A stretch of DNA of 38,822 nt from Candidatus Levyibacteriota bacterium (GCA_016182425.1 JACPGP010000024.1:1-38822); one strand, 5' to 3'; shown: positions 1-9,172, counted from the stretch's first letter. A program made the numbers and translations. Notes: generated by a model from the letters alone, not told the origin.

Positions 1-358
1 ATTACATTTTTACTTGAACAATAGGCACAACCATATCTTTTTTCATGACATTGATTTTACTCTTCACCGAGTCATTTGAATACTGTTAACCGAAGAACAG
101 GTAAAAACATACTAAAAAAGTGACCAAATTACAACGGTGCCAACGAAAAACTGTTCATGACTTTGGTGTGGAAACAGAAAAGTTATTGGTCGATTTTTTG
201 AGTGGAAGGATTAGGTTAGATGAGGTTCCAGGAAGGGTAACTTTAGACGAGGATGTTACCGGTGCTGACTTGGGGGACTAGGTACAGTGCCCCAGGTGAG
301 AGACTGATAATCGGATAATAAGAATGGTCAAAGAATTGGTATAATAACTAGATTTTAT

Positions 359-411
359 GCCTGAGTAGCCCAGCCTACGCTAGGGCTACGGCTGGTAAAT
401 CAGTTGGTAGA
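359..411 (+). pseudogene. Duplicated 5' fragment of tRNA-Thr interrupted by a 30-nt palindromic element
   Basis: GCCTGAGTAGC (359-369) + insert (370-399) + TCAGTTGGTAGA (400-411) matches tRNA positions 1-23 with one mismatch. Confidence 0.8.
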
Positions 412-415
412 TAAT

Positions 416-491
416 GCCTGAATAGCTCAGTTGGTAGAGCAGCTGTTTTGTAAACAGCAGGTCGTCAGTCCGAGTCTGACTTCAGGCTCCA
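416..491 (+). tRNA. tRNA-Thr(TGT)
   Basis: GCCTGAA acceptor arm pairs with TTCAGGC, followed by TCCA; D-arm TAGCTCAGTTGGTAGAGC; anticodon stem GCTGT/ACAGC with loop TTTGTAA; T-arm GTCAG-TCCGAGT-CTGAC. Confidence 0.95.
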
Positions 492-1648
492 TGGGTAAAA
501 AGCGGATTTTAGTATTAACTGATCATATGCCGTGGGGTCATCGGGCAATTGCTAAAGCAATACATGGCTATCTAAAGCCAGTAGAGGCTAAATACGGCTG
601 GCAAGTTGACTATGATGAAGTAGAACTGCAATTTAAGGCAGCCAATGAGCTCTACGTGTTTATCTATCGTTTTTGGCCATCTATAGGAAAAGTTAACTTG
701 AAGATGATGGAAAATGAAACGTTACGTAAGGCGTTTGTAGAGGTACTGGACAGTGATTTACCTAATTTGATCGAGAAAATTGAAGGTTATGAGCCTGACT
801 TGGTAATCTCAACTTATTTTATGCACTCGCACGCATTGGCAAAGTGGCGTAAAGAACACAGACAAAAGTTCAAACTATGGAATGTGGTGGCAGATCCGTG
901 GACGATCAATCCAGTGTCGTTCGTTCCAGGAGCAGATATTAATTTAGTTTATGACGAGGCAGGTGAGGAACTGGCTTTAAAATTGGGTATAGAAAAAAAT
1001 AAAGTTTTTAAAAGTGGTTGGTGGGTGCGGAAAGAAATGTACCGGCCAGAGCTAAACGATCCTGCTTTTAGATTTAAAATAAGAAAAAAACTAGGTTTTG
1101 ATGATAAACAGCCAGTAATCTTTGTGGGTGGTGGAAGTTTGGGTACAAATTCGATTGCTAAATTGTTTCCGGCGTTGCTTTTGATTAAAAGGGATGTTGG
1201 GGTTGTGTTTAATTCGGGAACGGACAAGATGACGTATGCAATGGTTGAAAGATTTTCTCAGTTATTGGAAAGACTCAAGTTAACCAAGAGAGTCAAAATA
1301 GTTAATTTAGGTTGGATTGAAAATATGGGTGAAATACTGTGTGCTTGTGATGTAGTGTTTGGGAAAGCAGGTCCAAACTTTTTGTTTGATGTGGTGGCGG
1401 TGGGCAAGCCATTTGTGGCCATCACTCATGTGGGTGGTCAGGAAGATGGCAACCTAGAGCTTATAAAACGGAAAAAGCTGGGGTGGGTTAGAGAAAAGCT
1501 AGCTCAACCAGTTGATTTTTTACTAAAATATTCGCGATCGCCGAAGAAATATAATGATAAATATAGGATTACGATATCTGAAGAAGCAAAAAGAAACCAA
1601 AAAACGGAATCAAATATAGTGGAGTTGGTGAAAAAGGTGATGGAGTAG
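491..1648 (+). CDS. GT28-family glycosyltransferase (MGDG synthase/UgtP-like)
   Basis: N-terminal 'GHRAIAKA', 'PDLVISTY', 'GGGSLG', 'FGKAGP' and 'GGQEDGN' motifs. The track start (431) lies inside the tRNA, so ATG 491 is preferred. Confidence 0.85.
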   Translation: MGKKRILVLTDHMPWGHRAIAKAIHGYLKPVEAKYGWQVDYDEVELQFKAANELYVFIYRFWPSIGKVNLKMMENETLRKAFVEVLDSDLPNLIEKIEGYEPDLVISTYFMHSHALAKWRKEHRQKFKLWNVVADPWTINPVSFVPGADINLVYDEAGEELALKLGIEKNKVFKSGWWVRKEMYRPELNDPAFRFKIRKKLGFDDKQPVIFVGGGSLGTNSIAKLFPALLLIKRDVGVVFNSGTDKMTYAMVERFSQLLERLKLTKRVKIVNLGWIENMGEILCACDVVFGKAGPNFLFDVVAVGKPFVAITHVGGQEDGNLELIKRKKLGWVREKLAQPVDFLLKYSRSPKKYNDKYRITISEEAKRNQKTESNIVELVKKVME

Positions 1649-1656
1649 AAAAAACA

Positions 1657-1807
1657 CCCACCAAAGGCGTTGCTTCAATAGCGGCTTTTCCACGCTATAA
1701 GACGTGGTGGATGGCTGGTCTCTAGGGCAAGGCCTTGCTGACACAGTACCTTCCATTTTAGAAGTTTAGCTAGAAAAAACACCTTCTTAAAGATCGCCTT
1801 TGGTAGG
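1657..1807 (-). ncRNA. Candidate 6S-like rod-shaped RNA
   Basis: Closing stem ACCAAAGGCG/CGCCTTTGGT, extended G-U-containing pairing on the minus strand, central bubble, U-tract at the 3' end; no ORF. Confidence 0.4.
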
Positions 1808-1823
1808 ATGGTAAAATTGTATC

Positions 1824-2213
1824 ATGATTACCATACCAAAGAAAGTCGAGTATAGTATTATATTAATAGCTTACTTGGCAAAAAACAAGCAAGGTTCCGT
1901 GTCTTTAACACATGTTTCCAAGAGATTAAAGCTGCCATATCGGTTCTTGGGACAGCTGGCGGGAAAGTTGAAAGAGGCGGGGATTGTAACAAGTCGAGAA
2001 GGTAAGAGTGGCGGTTATGAATTGGTTGCTGGCTGGCAAAAGAAAAACCTGTATGATCTAATGGAAGCTTTGGGTGAGAATAAACGAATGGTTAAGTGTT
2101 TGGGAGACGGTGAATGTAGTCGGGCTGCCGAGTGCGATTTGAGAACGATTTGGAATAAGGTTGAAAAGAACTTTATTGATCAGTTAAAACAAATTAAGTT
2201 AGAAGAAATATAA
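1824..2213 (+). CDS. Rrf2-family transcriptional regulator (IscR-like, three Cys)
   Basis: 'S.EGKSGGYEL' Rrf2 wing motif; C-terminal CLGDGECSRAAEC. Confidence 0.9.
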   Translation: MITIPKKVEYSIILIAYLAKNKQGSVSLTHVSKRLKLPYRFLGQLAGKLKEAGIVTSREGKSGGYELVAGWQKKNLYDLMEALGENKRMVKCLGDGECSRAAECDLRTIWNKVEKNFIDQLKQIKLEEI

Positions 2214-2215
2214 TT

Positions 2216-2479
2216 ATGAAAGTAAAAAGTCAAAATTCAAAAGTCAAAACAAAACAGTACATTACCGAGAATACCTTGATTGCAGAAGTGGTGGAAAGGT
2301 ACCCAGATATAGCGGAGATATTGACTGAAGATTATGGCTTTCATTGTGTCAGTTGTTTTGCTGCTGAAATGGAAACTATTGGTATGGGAGCTGGTGGGCA
2401 TGGAATGTCCGCAGAGGAAATCAAACGGATGTTGACAGCTCTAAACAAATTAATTGGTCAAGATAGTAAAAATAAATAA
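2216..2479 (+). CDS. DUF1858-like (hybrid-cluster-associated redox) small protein
   Basis: 'IAEVVERYP...YGFHCVSCFAAEMETI...HG' pattern. Confidence 0.8.
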   Translation: MKVKSQNSKVKTKQYITENTLIAEVVERYPDIAEILTEDYGFHCVSCFAAEMETIGMGAGGHGMSAEEIKRMLTALNKLIGQDSKNK

Positions 2480-2481
2480 AA

Positions 2482-2508
2482 AATCCCCCGAAAATTTTCG
2501 GGGGATTG
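2482..2508. terminator. Intrinsic terminator hairpin between convergent genes
   Basis: AATCCCCCGAAA-AT-TTTCGGGGGATT, with an A-tract on the left side. Confidence 0.8.
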
Positions 2509-2527
2509 GTGGTCTGTTATTGGTTGA

Positions 2528-3439
2528 TTAATCAAGTTTGTCTACAATCTTGCAGACAGTGCCGGATAGTACGCAAGTTTTGTTGGCAGGTGCTTTTATT
2601 GTTGGGCATTTTAGACCAGGTCTAGTTGGAACACAAGATAGTCCACACCAACCGCAGGTAATACCGGTTCGAGTGGGGAGAAGAGAGACTCGGGGTGTGA
2701 GTCGTGGATTGAGAGTAACTTTGGGGATAGGAAGACATTTGCCAAGTGGTATGGTCTCGACTGATTCATCCTTTTGCACTCTTTTTGGTGTTTGACAATA
2801 TTGCCCTATATCGCAATCATTGTCGCCGGTACATTGTCGCGGGTCGTCTGGACGGTTGGTTGGCTTTTGGGGATTTTTGCAGGTGCCATGACCTTCACAG
2901 GCCTTGCGAGCTAGTTCACGAAGGACACTTTGACCAGCACAACTACCCTTAATTGGCTTGACTTCGCCAGTGGTCCCATCATAACAAGAATATTTGGCAG
3001 ATGAAAAACCGGTTTCAGTGTACAATGGATTAATTTGAGCACCAGTGGGAAGTCGGGGGGATTCGCAAGCAGTACCGACCTCAAATGAATTAGTACCGTA
3101 TTTACAGGCAGAAGTTGGCTTTGGACCAAGTGTTCCTTGAGGACAAAATTGGCTGGTTAATTTAAAAATATCACCGCAAAAACCTTTCGGAATTTGATCT
3201 TTATCTTGGTTTTCACCTTTTTTGCAATAGTTATCAAATAATTCAGTAACTTCATGGCAAAGTGCACTGGGAACATTGGTTGGTCTAACAACTGGAGTCG
3301 TTTTTGGAAGAATAGAACTACCACCCACGGTACTATCACCGAGAACGCCACTTTGATTGAGAGATAGAAAAGTGCTAACAACAGCTAAAGTTAATACAGA
3401 GAGAGATAAAGCTAAAACAGTTGATTTGTGTGAATCCAT
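2528..3439 (-). CDS. Cys- and Pro/Thr-rich membrane-anchored/secreted hypothetical protein
   Basis: N-terminal hydrophobic helix followed by 'GVLG', PT-rich linkers, many Cys. Confidence 0.75.
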   Translation of the reverse strand: MDSHKSTVLALSLSVLTLAVVSTFLSLNQSGVLGDSTVGGSSILPKTTPVVRPTNVPSALCHEVTELFDNYCKKGENQDKDQIPKGFCGDIFKLTSQFCPQGTLGPKPTSACKYGTNSFEVGTACESPRLPTGAQINPLYTETGFSSAKYSCYDGTTGEVKPIKGSCAGQSVLRELARKACEGHGTCKNPQKPTNRPDDPRQCTGDNDCDIGQYCQTPKRVQKDESVETIPLGKCLPIPKVTLNPRLTPRVSLLPTRTGITCGWCGLSCVPTRPGLKCPTIKAPANKTCVLSGTVCKIVDKLD

Positions 3440-3512
3440 TCACTTTAATAATAGTTAACTATAAAAATCTACCAGTATTTGGGGGTGTAAGTCAAGGGAT
3501 CGGGGATATCAA

Positions 3513-4097
3513 CTAGAGAATTATTTTGAGGATGAACTGGATGGCGGGTGTCAGGATTAGATTGATTAAATTTGAGCCTTTGAAGGGAAGAAATAATATA
3601 AGTGCTAAGATGATAACTCCGTACTGGTCGAAAGCCTGTTGCCAACGGAGTGAGTGTGCTTCTGGAAGTAAATTGAGGAGAATTTTGGAACCATCTAGAG
3701 GAGGAAGAGGAAGTAAGTTGAAAACGGCTAAGACTATATTGGTTTGGATAAAGATATAGAAAGGAGGAAGAGGCAGGAAGCGGATGACAATCGCGAAAAT
3801 AATGGCAAGGGAGAGGTTGCTAAGTGGTCCAGCCAGCGCGACATAAATTTCTTCACGTTTACTTAGGTTGTAAGGATCGATAGGGACTGGTTTACCCCAA
3901 CCAAAATGGACAATAAAAAGCATGAGTGTACCTAACGGGTCTAGGTGAGCGAGCGGGTTTAGAGTGACTCTGCCAAAAGAACGGGGGGTGGGATCGCCGA
4001 AATGATCGGCAACAAATGCATGTGAAAATTCGTGGATGGTAATAGCAATAATCAGTCCAACGAAGAAAATTAAGCCCTCCAAAAGTCCAATATCCAT
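3513..4097 (-). CDS. Site-2 protease, M50 family
   Basis: HEFSH zinc motif and 'FNLLPLPPLDG'. Start moved to ATG 4097 because the longer ORF overlaps rpmB. Confidence 0.92.
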   Translation of the reverse strand: MDIGLLEGLIFFVGLIIAITIHEFSHAFVADHFGDPTPRSFGRVTLNPLAHLDPLGTLMLFIVHFGWGKPVPIDPYNLSKREEIYVALAGPLSNLSLAIIFAIVIRFLPLPPFYIFIQTNIVLAVFNLLPLPPLDGSKILLNLLPEAHSLRWQQAFDQYGVIILALILFLPFKGSNLINLILTPAIQFILKIIL

Positions 4098-4112
4098 GTT
4101 ATAGTATAACCC

Positions 4113-4316
4113 ATGAGAACATGTAGCTTGTGTGGTAAAGGTACTTCCATAGGTCGTAACCGCTCCCATGCCCAAAACCGAACTTCGAGAACTTATAAGG
4201 CAAATATACACAAAGTTAGCTTGCTAGTCGGCACCACTAAGGTTGGCGGTAAGTTTTGTAGTAAGTGTCTAAAATCCCTAAAGAGGGAAGTAAAACAAAA
4301 AACGGCACTTGTTTAG
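4113..4316 (+). CDS. rpmB: 50S ribosomal protein L28
   Basis: CSLCGK...GRNRSHAQNRTSRTYKAN...CSKCLK (Zn-binding form). Confidence 0.93.
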   Translation: MRTCSLCGKGTSIGRNRSHAQNRTSRTYKANIHKVSLLVGTTKVGGKFCSKCLKSLKREVKQKTALV

Positions 4317-4326
4317 GGTGCCGTTT
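4300..4326. terminator. Hairpin between rpmB and the convergent Lys-rich ORF
   Basis: AAACGGCAC...GTGCCGTTT inverted repeat. Confidence 0.7.
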
Positions 4327-4342
4327 AATGATTTAAGAAGAA

Positions 4343-4453
4343 CTACTTTTTCTTAGCTTTTTTGACGGTCTTTTTCTTAACTACTTTCTTAACAGCTTTT
4401 TTAGCGACTTTCTTCTTAACGACTTTTTTGACGGCTTTCTTTTTTACTGGCAT
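4343..4453 (-). CDS. 36-aa Lys/Val/Ala-rich histone H1-like peptide (not in the ORF track)
   Basis: Translated by hand: MPVKKKAVKKVVKKKVAKKAVKKVVKKKTVKKAKKK*; AAGGAGG SD upstream. Confidence 0.85.
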   Translation of the reverse strand: MPVKKKAVKKVVKKKVAKKAVKKVVKKKTVKKAKKK

Positions 4454-4636
4454 AAATTTTATTCCTCCTTTAAATAATTTAAGTCTTTTTTGTAAAATAT
4501 GTCAAAATAAATAGTGCCTATCTAATGGTTATATATAAGCAAATTAAGAAGAAAAAAGGACTTAAATTAATTAGGAATTAGGAATTATAAATTAGGAGTT
4601 TTACTGTAAGATAAGGTAAAAATACCAGTATTAAAT

Positions 4637-5497
4637 TTATTTTGAAAGTGAATAGTGTGATGAAATTTCAGACCAAAAAGTGGACTTTTTGCCTTCGATC
4701 TGGACTTTTTCTAATTCAAGAGTACTGTTATTTTTGGTAAAGGAAAAAATCTTCATGGTTAGTTTTGGTCCATTTTTGGGGAAAACGAAGGTCCAGACTC
4801 CAGGCCAAGGAAGGAGGGCCCTGATTTTTTTGTCTAAAATTGGGGCAAATTCTGGGTCTGATAATTTTTTTGAATCGATATATCCATCGTCTTTGGTTAG
4901 CTGCCGGGCATAAAATCCTGTGCCGGATTGGGGGAGTGGAGCTATATTGCCAGAAACTATTTCGGGAAGAGTGCTAATAATGAGATCGCCTCCAAGGTCA
5001 TAGAGTGAAGTGTAAAGAGATTCTTTAGTATCGGTGGGTAGAAGCGGTTGACTGACCTGTGTGATAAGGTCGCCTTTGTCAAACTTGGCAGACATCTTGA
5101 TGAGAGTAACTCCGATGGTCTCCTCGCCATTTAGAATAGCCCATTCAATCGGGAAACGTCCAGCATATTGGGGCAGAAGAGACGGATGGAAATTGATAGG
5201 CATAACTTTAGGAAGATTTAGCCATTTATCATTTATCATTTGACCATATCCGGCAACAACTATAAAATCAGGACGTTCGATGTTGGGAATAGTATTTAGA
5301 TCTTCAAGTGGAAACAGAGGTAAATTATTATCCTTGGCATACTGATGAACTGCGGTAGTGGTTAGTACTCCTCGATCACCTTTGCGAGGGGGAGTCGTGA
5401 CTACTCCGACAATCTGAAAGCCGGGGTGTTCATGTAGCTTTTTGAGTATCTGAACTGAGTATTGTTGAAATGAACCGAAGAATACAACTGAAATCAT
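4637..5497 (-). CDS. fmt: Methionyl-tRNA formyltransferase
   Basis: 'INFHPSLLPQYAG..PIEWAILNGE..GVT' signature. Confidence 0.95.
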   Translation of the reverse strand: MISVVFFGSFQQYSVQILKKLHEHPGFQIVGVVTTPPRKGDRGVLTTTAVHQYAKDNNLPLFPLEDLNTIPNIERPDFIVVAGYGQMINDKWLNLPKVMPINFHPSLLPQYAGRFPIEWAILNGEETIGVTLIKMSAKFDKGDLITQVSQPLLPTDTKESLYTSLYDLGGDLIISTLPEIVSGNIAPLPQSGTGFYARQLTKDDGYIDSKKLSDPEFAPILDKKIRALLPWPGVWTFVFPKNGPKLTMKIFSFTKNNSTLELEKVQIEGKKSTFWSEISSHYSLSK

Positions 5498-5529
5498 GCC
5501 TAATTATAGCTTTTTTGGTAAAATGAGTC

Positions 5530-6102
5530 ATGCGGAAGATAGTGTTTTATCCAAACGAGATCCTGAGAGTGAAGACTAGGGATATCAAATCAATTGATGA
5601 GATGCTTCAAGCTGATGTTGACGAGTTGAGGTGGGCTCTACAGAAGGAGAAAGATCATGCTGCAGGTTTGGCGGCGGTTCAGGTTGGCTTGGATCGAAGA
5701 TTTTTTGGCTTAGTCACTGGACAAAAGAGGAACTTACAAATTTTTATAAACCCCAGAGTCATTAAGACGTTTGGTCAGAAGTTACATCCGATTATGACAT
5801 TTGATGATGGCAAGCAAGAAGACTTTTTGGAGGGTTGCCTGTCTTTTCCGGGGCTTTTTGGGACAGTTAATCGATATTTGCGGATTGAAGCCGAATGGGA
5901 AGAAATCAAGGGTAAGAAACTAGAAACTAGAAACAAGAAACTGGAAGGGATTGAGGCAATCGCTTATCAACATGAACTGGACCACCTAAACGGCATTTTG
6001 TTTATTGATCATATAAAAGAAGAAGGTGGGGAGCTATATATGTGGGAGGGGGACAAGAAAAAGCGAGTTGATCTAAACCTGGTAGTGGAAAAGGAAAAAT
6101 AA
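5530..6102 (+). CDS. def: Peptide deformylase
   Basis: GLAAVQVG, EGCLS and QHELDHLNG motifs. Confidence 0.96.
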   Translation: MRKIVFYPNEILRVKTRDIKSIDEMLQADVDELRWALQKEKDHAAGLAAVQVGLDRRFFGLVTGQKRNLQIFINPRVIKTFGQKLHPIMTFDDGKQEDFLEGCLSFPGLFGTVNRYLRIEAEWEEIKGKKLETRNKKLEGIEAIAYQHELDHLNGILFIDHIKEEGGELYMWEGDKKKRVDLNLVVEKEK

Positions 6103-6124
6103 CAACAAAATACCGGGGGGAATA

Positions 6125-8032
6125 TTAGATAGCTAAATTGGAAATTTTATCCAAGTATTCTTTGGCATCGGTGTTTGATGGAGCTAGAAGTAGAGTTTTG
6201 TCAAACATTATTTTTGATTCAGAGTATTTTTTTTGTTGATAAAATATTTCTCCTAAGGCAAAGCTGGCGTGATCATAGTTTGGCTTGAGGGTTAGTGCGT
6301 GCTGATAGTTGGTTATAGCTGAGTCCATCTCTGAAATATTTTGATAAAACTTAGCTAAAAGATAAAAAGAAGAAGCGTCGGTGGGAGCTAATCGGGTTGC
6401 TTTTGTAAGAGCGTCAACAGTGTAGACATAATATTTTGAGTCAATCAGAGAAAGGAAATAAAAACCTTGGGCGCGCTCTTTCCACAGGTTGAGGTTAAAC
6501 GGAGAAATGGAAATGGCGGTATCGAGCGCTTTGACTACGTGGGGAATTTGAGATTTGTCTTTGGTGGCAGCAGAACTTTCGGCTAACACTAGGGCGTATT
6601 TGCTAAGATAGACCGGTTCGTCGGGGCGGAAGTTTAGAGCGTATCTTAACTCAGTTAAGGACTGTCGGTGGTAGGCAATATCGGCCAGAAAGTACTTAAA
6701 AGTAACTAGTAACCAGTAACTAGAAACTAGAATAAGACAAAGTGAAAAAAACTTCTGAATAGTATTCGGTGATGTGCGGGGAATTGTGATTTGATCTTGG
6801 GCAATGAAGGTGGGGAGAAGAAAAAAGTAGAGTGAGGTGGTGACTACAGAGAAGCCAGCAAAATTTGTTATCAATATAGAGACAAATGAAGCTAATAAGG
6901 CTGGGAAGCTTTTGAGAGTATAAATCATAAAACCAATAAGAACTAAGTAGCTGATAAAACCAAAAGATCCGGAGGTGGCTAAATAGTTTAGGTATTCGTT
7001 GTGGGCTTTGTTGTAAATAAAGTTCCATTCAGAGGTGAGGTTGTGACTGGAGGGACGAGTCCAGTAGTAGCTGTAGGCGAAAGTTTCCGGACCGGTACCA
7101 AAAAGAGGAAATTGACGCCACAGATCAATGCTTCCTTGCCAGACAATTTTCCGAATATCTTTGCTGGGAGTGATTAGTAGTGGGGTGATAGTGGTCGGGG
7201 AGGTGGGTTCAAAACGTGATGGAAATAGTATGTCTTTGATAGGGTTAGTTATAGAAACTGAGAAGAAAACCAAAGTAAAAAGTAAAAGGCCATGCCTGCC
7301 GGAAGGCAGGTAAAAAGTAAAATGGGGTCTAAATCTATTTTTGTATAAGTGGATCAAACTATACATAGTAAGTGAAATTAGGGCGGCGAGGATGCCGGAC
7401 TTGGATTTGGTAAAAAGTAAACAAATATAAAATATTGAAGTAAGAAATATGAAATATGATTTATGAATAGGACGAGAAGAAGACAAAAAGCGGTCGAGGG
7501 CGAGGGGGAGGAGAATGCAAAGATAAGCTGCCAGCCAGTTTGGTTGACCTAGAGTACTAAAGACTCGGGACTGAACATCTTGGACCCAGAAGCCCTTATC
7601 TATTCCAAAATGTTCCAAAATTCCATATGAGGAGACGATTAATCCAGTAAAGAGCGAGGCGGAAGTCAACCAACTGGTAAGAGTGGGGGTGCGATAAACA
7701 GAAAAGGTCAGAAAAATAATGGAATATGATAATAAAGATAAAAGACCTCCATTGAGTCGGGAGTAATAGCCGTAGATGGAAGTGTGGGTATCAATACTGA
7801 AGAATGTGGAGACTGCTTGGGAGAGTAGAAAGATAATAAGCGGCCAAAAAAGCAGATTTTTACGAACAAGGGGAGCGTTACCCAGAAGATAGTTAAACAA
7901 ATGTGAGACGAGAAGGAGCAGGCTAATCAGATAGACTGTATACATCTTGGGAACTTCAAAAAATTCGGAGTTGGCCAAGTTGAGGATGAGGGGGACAATT
8001 AGGACTAGTGCGGTAAATAAAAAGTTGATCAT
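6125..8032 (-). CDS. O-antigen ligase (Wzy_C)-like membrane protein with C-terminal TPRs
   Basis: 'RVFSTLGQPNWLAAY', 'FGTGPETF', 'KAHNEYL' motifs; TPR-like C-terminus. Confidence 0.85.
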   Translation of the reverse strand: MINFLFTALVLIVPLILNLANSEFFEVPKMYTVYLISLLLLVSHLFNYLLGNAPLVRKNLLFWPLIIFLLSQAVSTFFSIDTHTSIYGYYSRLNGGLLSLLSYSIIFLTFSVYRTPTLTSWLTSASLFTGLIVSSYGILEHFGIDKGFWVQDVQSRVFSTLGQPNWLAAYLCILLPLALDRFLSSSRPIHKSYFIFLTSIFYICLLFTKSKSGILAALISLTMYSLIHLYKNRFRPHFTFYLPSGRHGLLLFTLVFFSVSITNPIKDILFPSRFEPTSPTTITPLLITPSKDIRKIVWQGSIDLWRQFPLFGTGPETFAYSYYWTRPSSHNLTSEWNFIYNKAHNEYLNYLATSGSFGFISYLVLIGFMIYTLKSFPALLASFVSILITNFAGFSVVTTSLYFFLLPTFIAQDQITIPRTSPNTIQKFFSLCLILVSSYWLLVTFKYFLADIAYHRQSLTELRYALNFRPDEPVYLSKYALVLAESSAATKDKSQIPHVVKALDTAISISPFNLNLWKERAQGFYFLSLIDSKYYVYTVDALTKATRLAPTDASSFYLLAKFYQNISEMDSAITNYQHALTLKPNYDHASFALGEIFYQQKKYSESKIMFDKTLLLAPSNTDAKEYLDKISNLAI

Positions 8033-8065
8033 AAATGGTTCAGTTTAGATATTATATAATTTTGT

Positions 8066-9172
8066 ATGAGTTGGATGAAGACAGTTAAGTCAAGGGTAAT
8101 GGGAACGATGGCCAATTTTTATTGGGATATTGGGGTTGATTTGGGAACTAGTAACACCTTACTTCTGCTTAATGAAAGGGGGATTGTGGTGGACGAGCCA
8201 ACCATTGTGGCTCGTTTAAAAAAGAAACGGTGGACAGGACTTTCTGCCCCAAAATGGGCAGGAAATAAAATTGTAGCTTACGGGTACAAGGCGAAAGAAA
8301 TGTTGAATCGGGAACCAGCACAGATAGAAGTAGTTAGTCCGATAAAGAACGGAATTATATCGGATCTAGAAGCCTTGGAGGCTTTGGTGTCGTACTACTT
8401 GAAACTAATATATGAAATTCCCAGCCGTTACCCAAAAATTTTCAAACCAAGGGTGATTGTATCGGTACCAGGATCGATTACAGATGTGCAAAAAAGAGCC
8501 GTAAAATCGGTGTTTTTGACATCTGGTGCTAGTGAAGTAGTCTTGATAGAAGGCTTGGTTTTGGCAGCGGTAGGAGTGGGGTTACCTGCTAAGAAGAATT
8601 CCGGAACGATGATAGTTGACGTGGGTGGGGGGAAAACAGAAGTCGGAGTTATTTCTATGGGTGGAGTAGTGGTGGGGAAGGGGATTAAGAGTTCGAGTGG
8701 GGACTTTGACGTGGCCATAATTAACTATATTCGAATGAAATACAGCTTGCTCATTGGTCAGACTACAGCGGAGAGAGCAAAGATTGAGTTGGGAAACGTG
8801 GGAGAGCCGAACAAATCACTAAAAGAAATGGTGATTAGGGGGAGAGACTTGGAAACAGGACTCCCAAAGTCGGTCAAAATAAATGAAAACGAGATTCGAG
8901 AAGCAGTTATGTTTGAAGTTCAGAAATTAATTAAATTAATAAAAGAAGAACTGGATGAAACACCGCCAGAATTGATGGACGACATTTTAAAAAGAGGCAT
9001 TGTTATGGTGGGAAACGGTTCTAAACTTCATGGACTGGACAGATTGGTGGAGAAGGAAACAAAAATTACTACCCAAAGAGCTGATGAGGCTGGATTATGC
9101 ATAATTAAGGGTTGTGGGCAGTTGATGGAGGATAGATACCTGTTAGAAAGTATTCGTCTGGTTACTGGATAA
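8066..9172 (+). CDS. mreB: Rod shape-determining protein MreB
   Basis: DIGVDLGTSNT, VDVGGGKTE, GRDLETGLP and ETPPEL motifs. Confidence 0.93.
   Translation: MSWMKTVKSRVMGTMANFYWDIGVDLGTSNTLLLLNERGIVVDEPTIVARLKKKRWTGLSAPKWAGNKIVAYGYKAKEMLNREPAQIEVVSPIKNGIISDLEALEALVSYYLKLIYEIPSRYPKIFKPRVIVSVPGSITDVQKRAVKSVFLTSGASEVVLIEGLVLAAVGVGLPAKKNSGTMIVDVGGGKTEVGVISMGGVVVGKGIKSSSGDFDVAIINYIRMKYSLLIGQTTAERAKIELGNVGEPNKSLKEMVIRGRDLETGLPKSVKINENEIREAVMFEVQKLIKLIKEELDETPPELMDDILKRGIVMVGNGSKLHGLDRLVEKETKITTQRADEAGLCIIKGCGQLMEDRYLLESIRLVTG

Noticed and set aside
1-340. Possible gene end or structured RNA (hairpins at ~236-260 and ~269-296; GGAAGG reminiscent of SRP RNA)
   Set aside because: No long ORF seen and the SRP helix-8 consensus is not met; cannot be supported by eye.
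431-490. N-terminal extension of the glycosyltransferase in the ORF track
   Set aside because: Lies within the tRNA-Thr gene.
4098-4211. Extended start for the M50 protease
   Set aside because: Overlaps rpmB on the opposite strand; ATG 4097 fits better.
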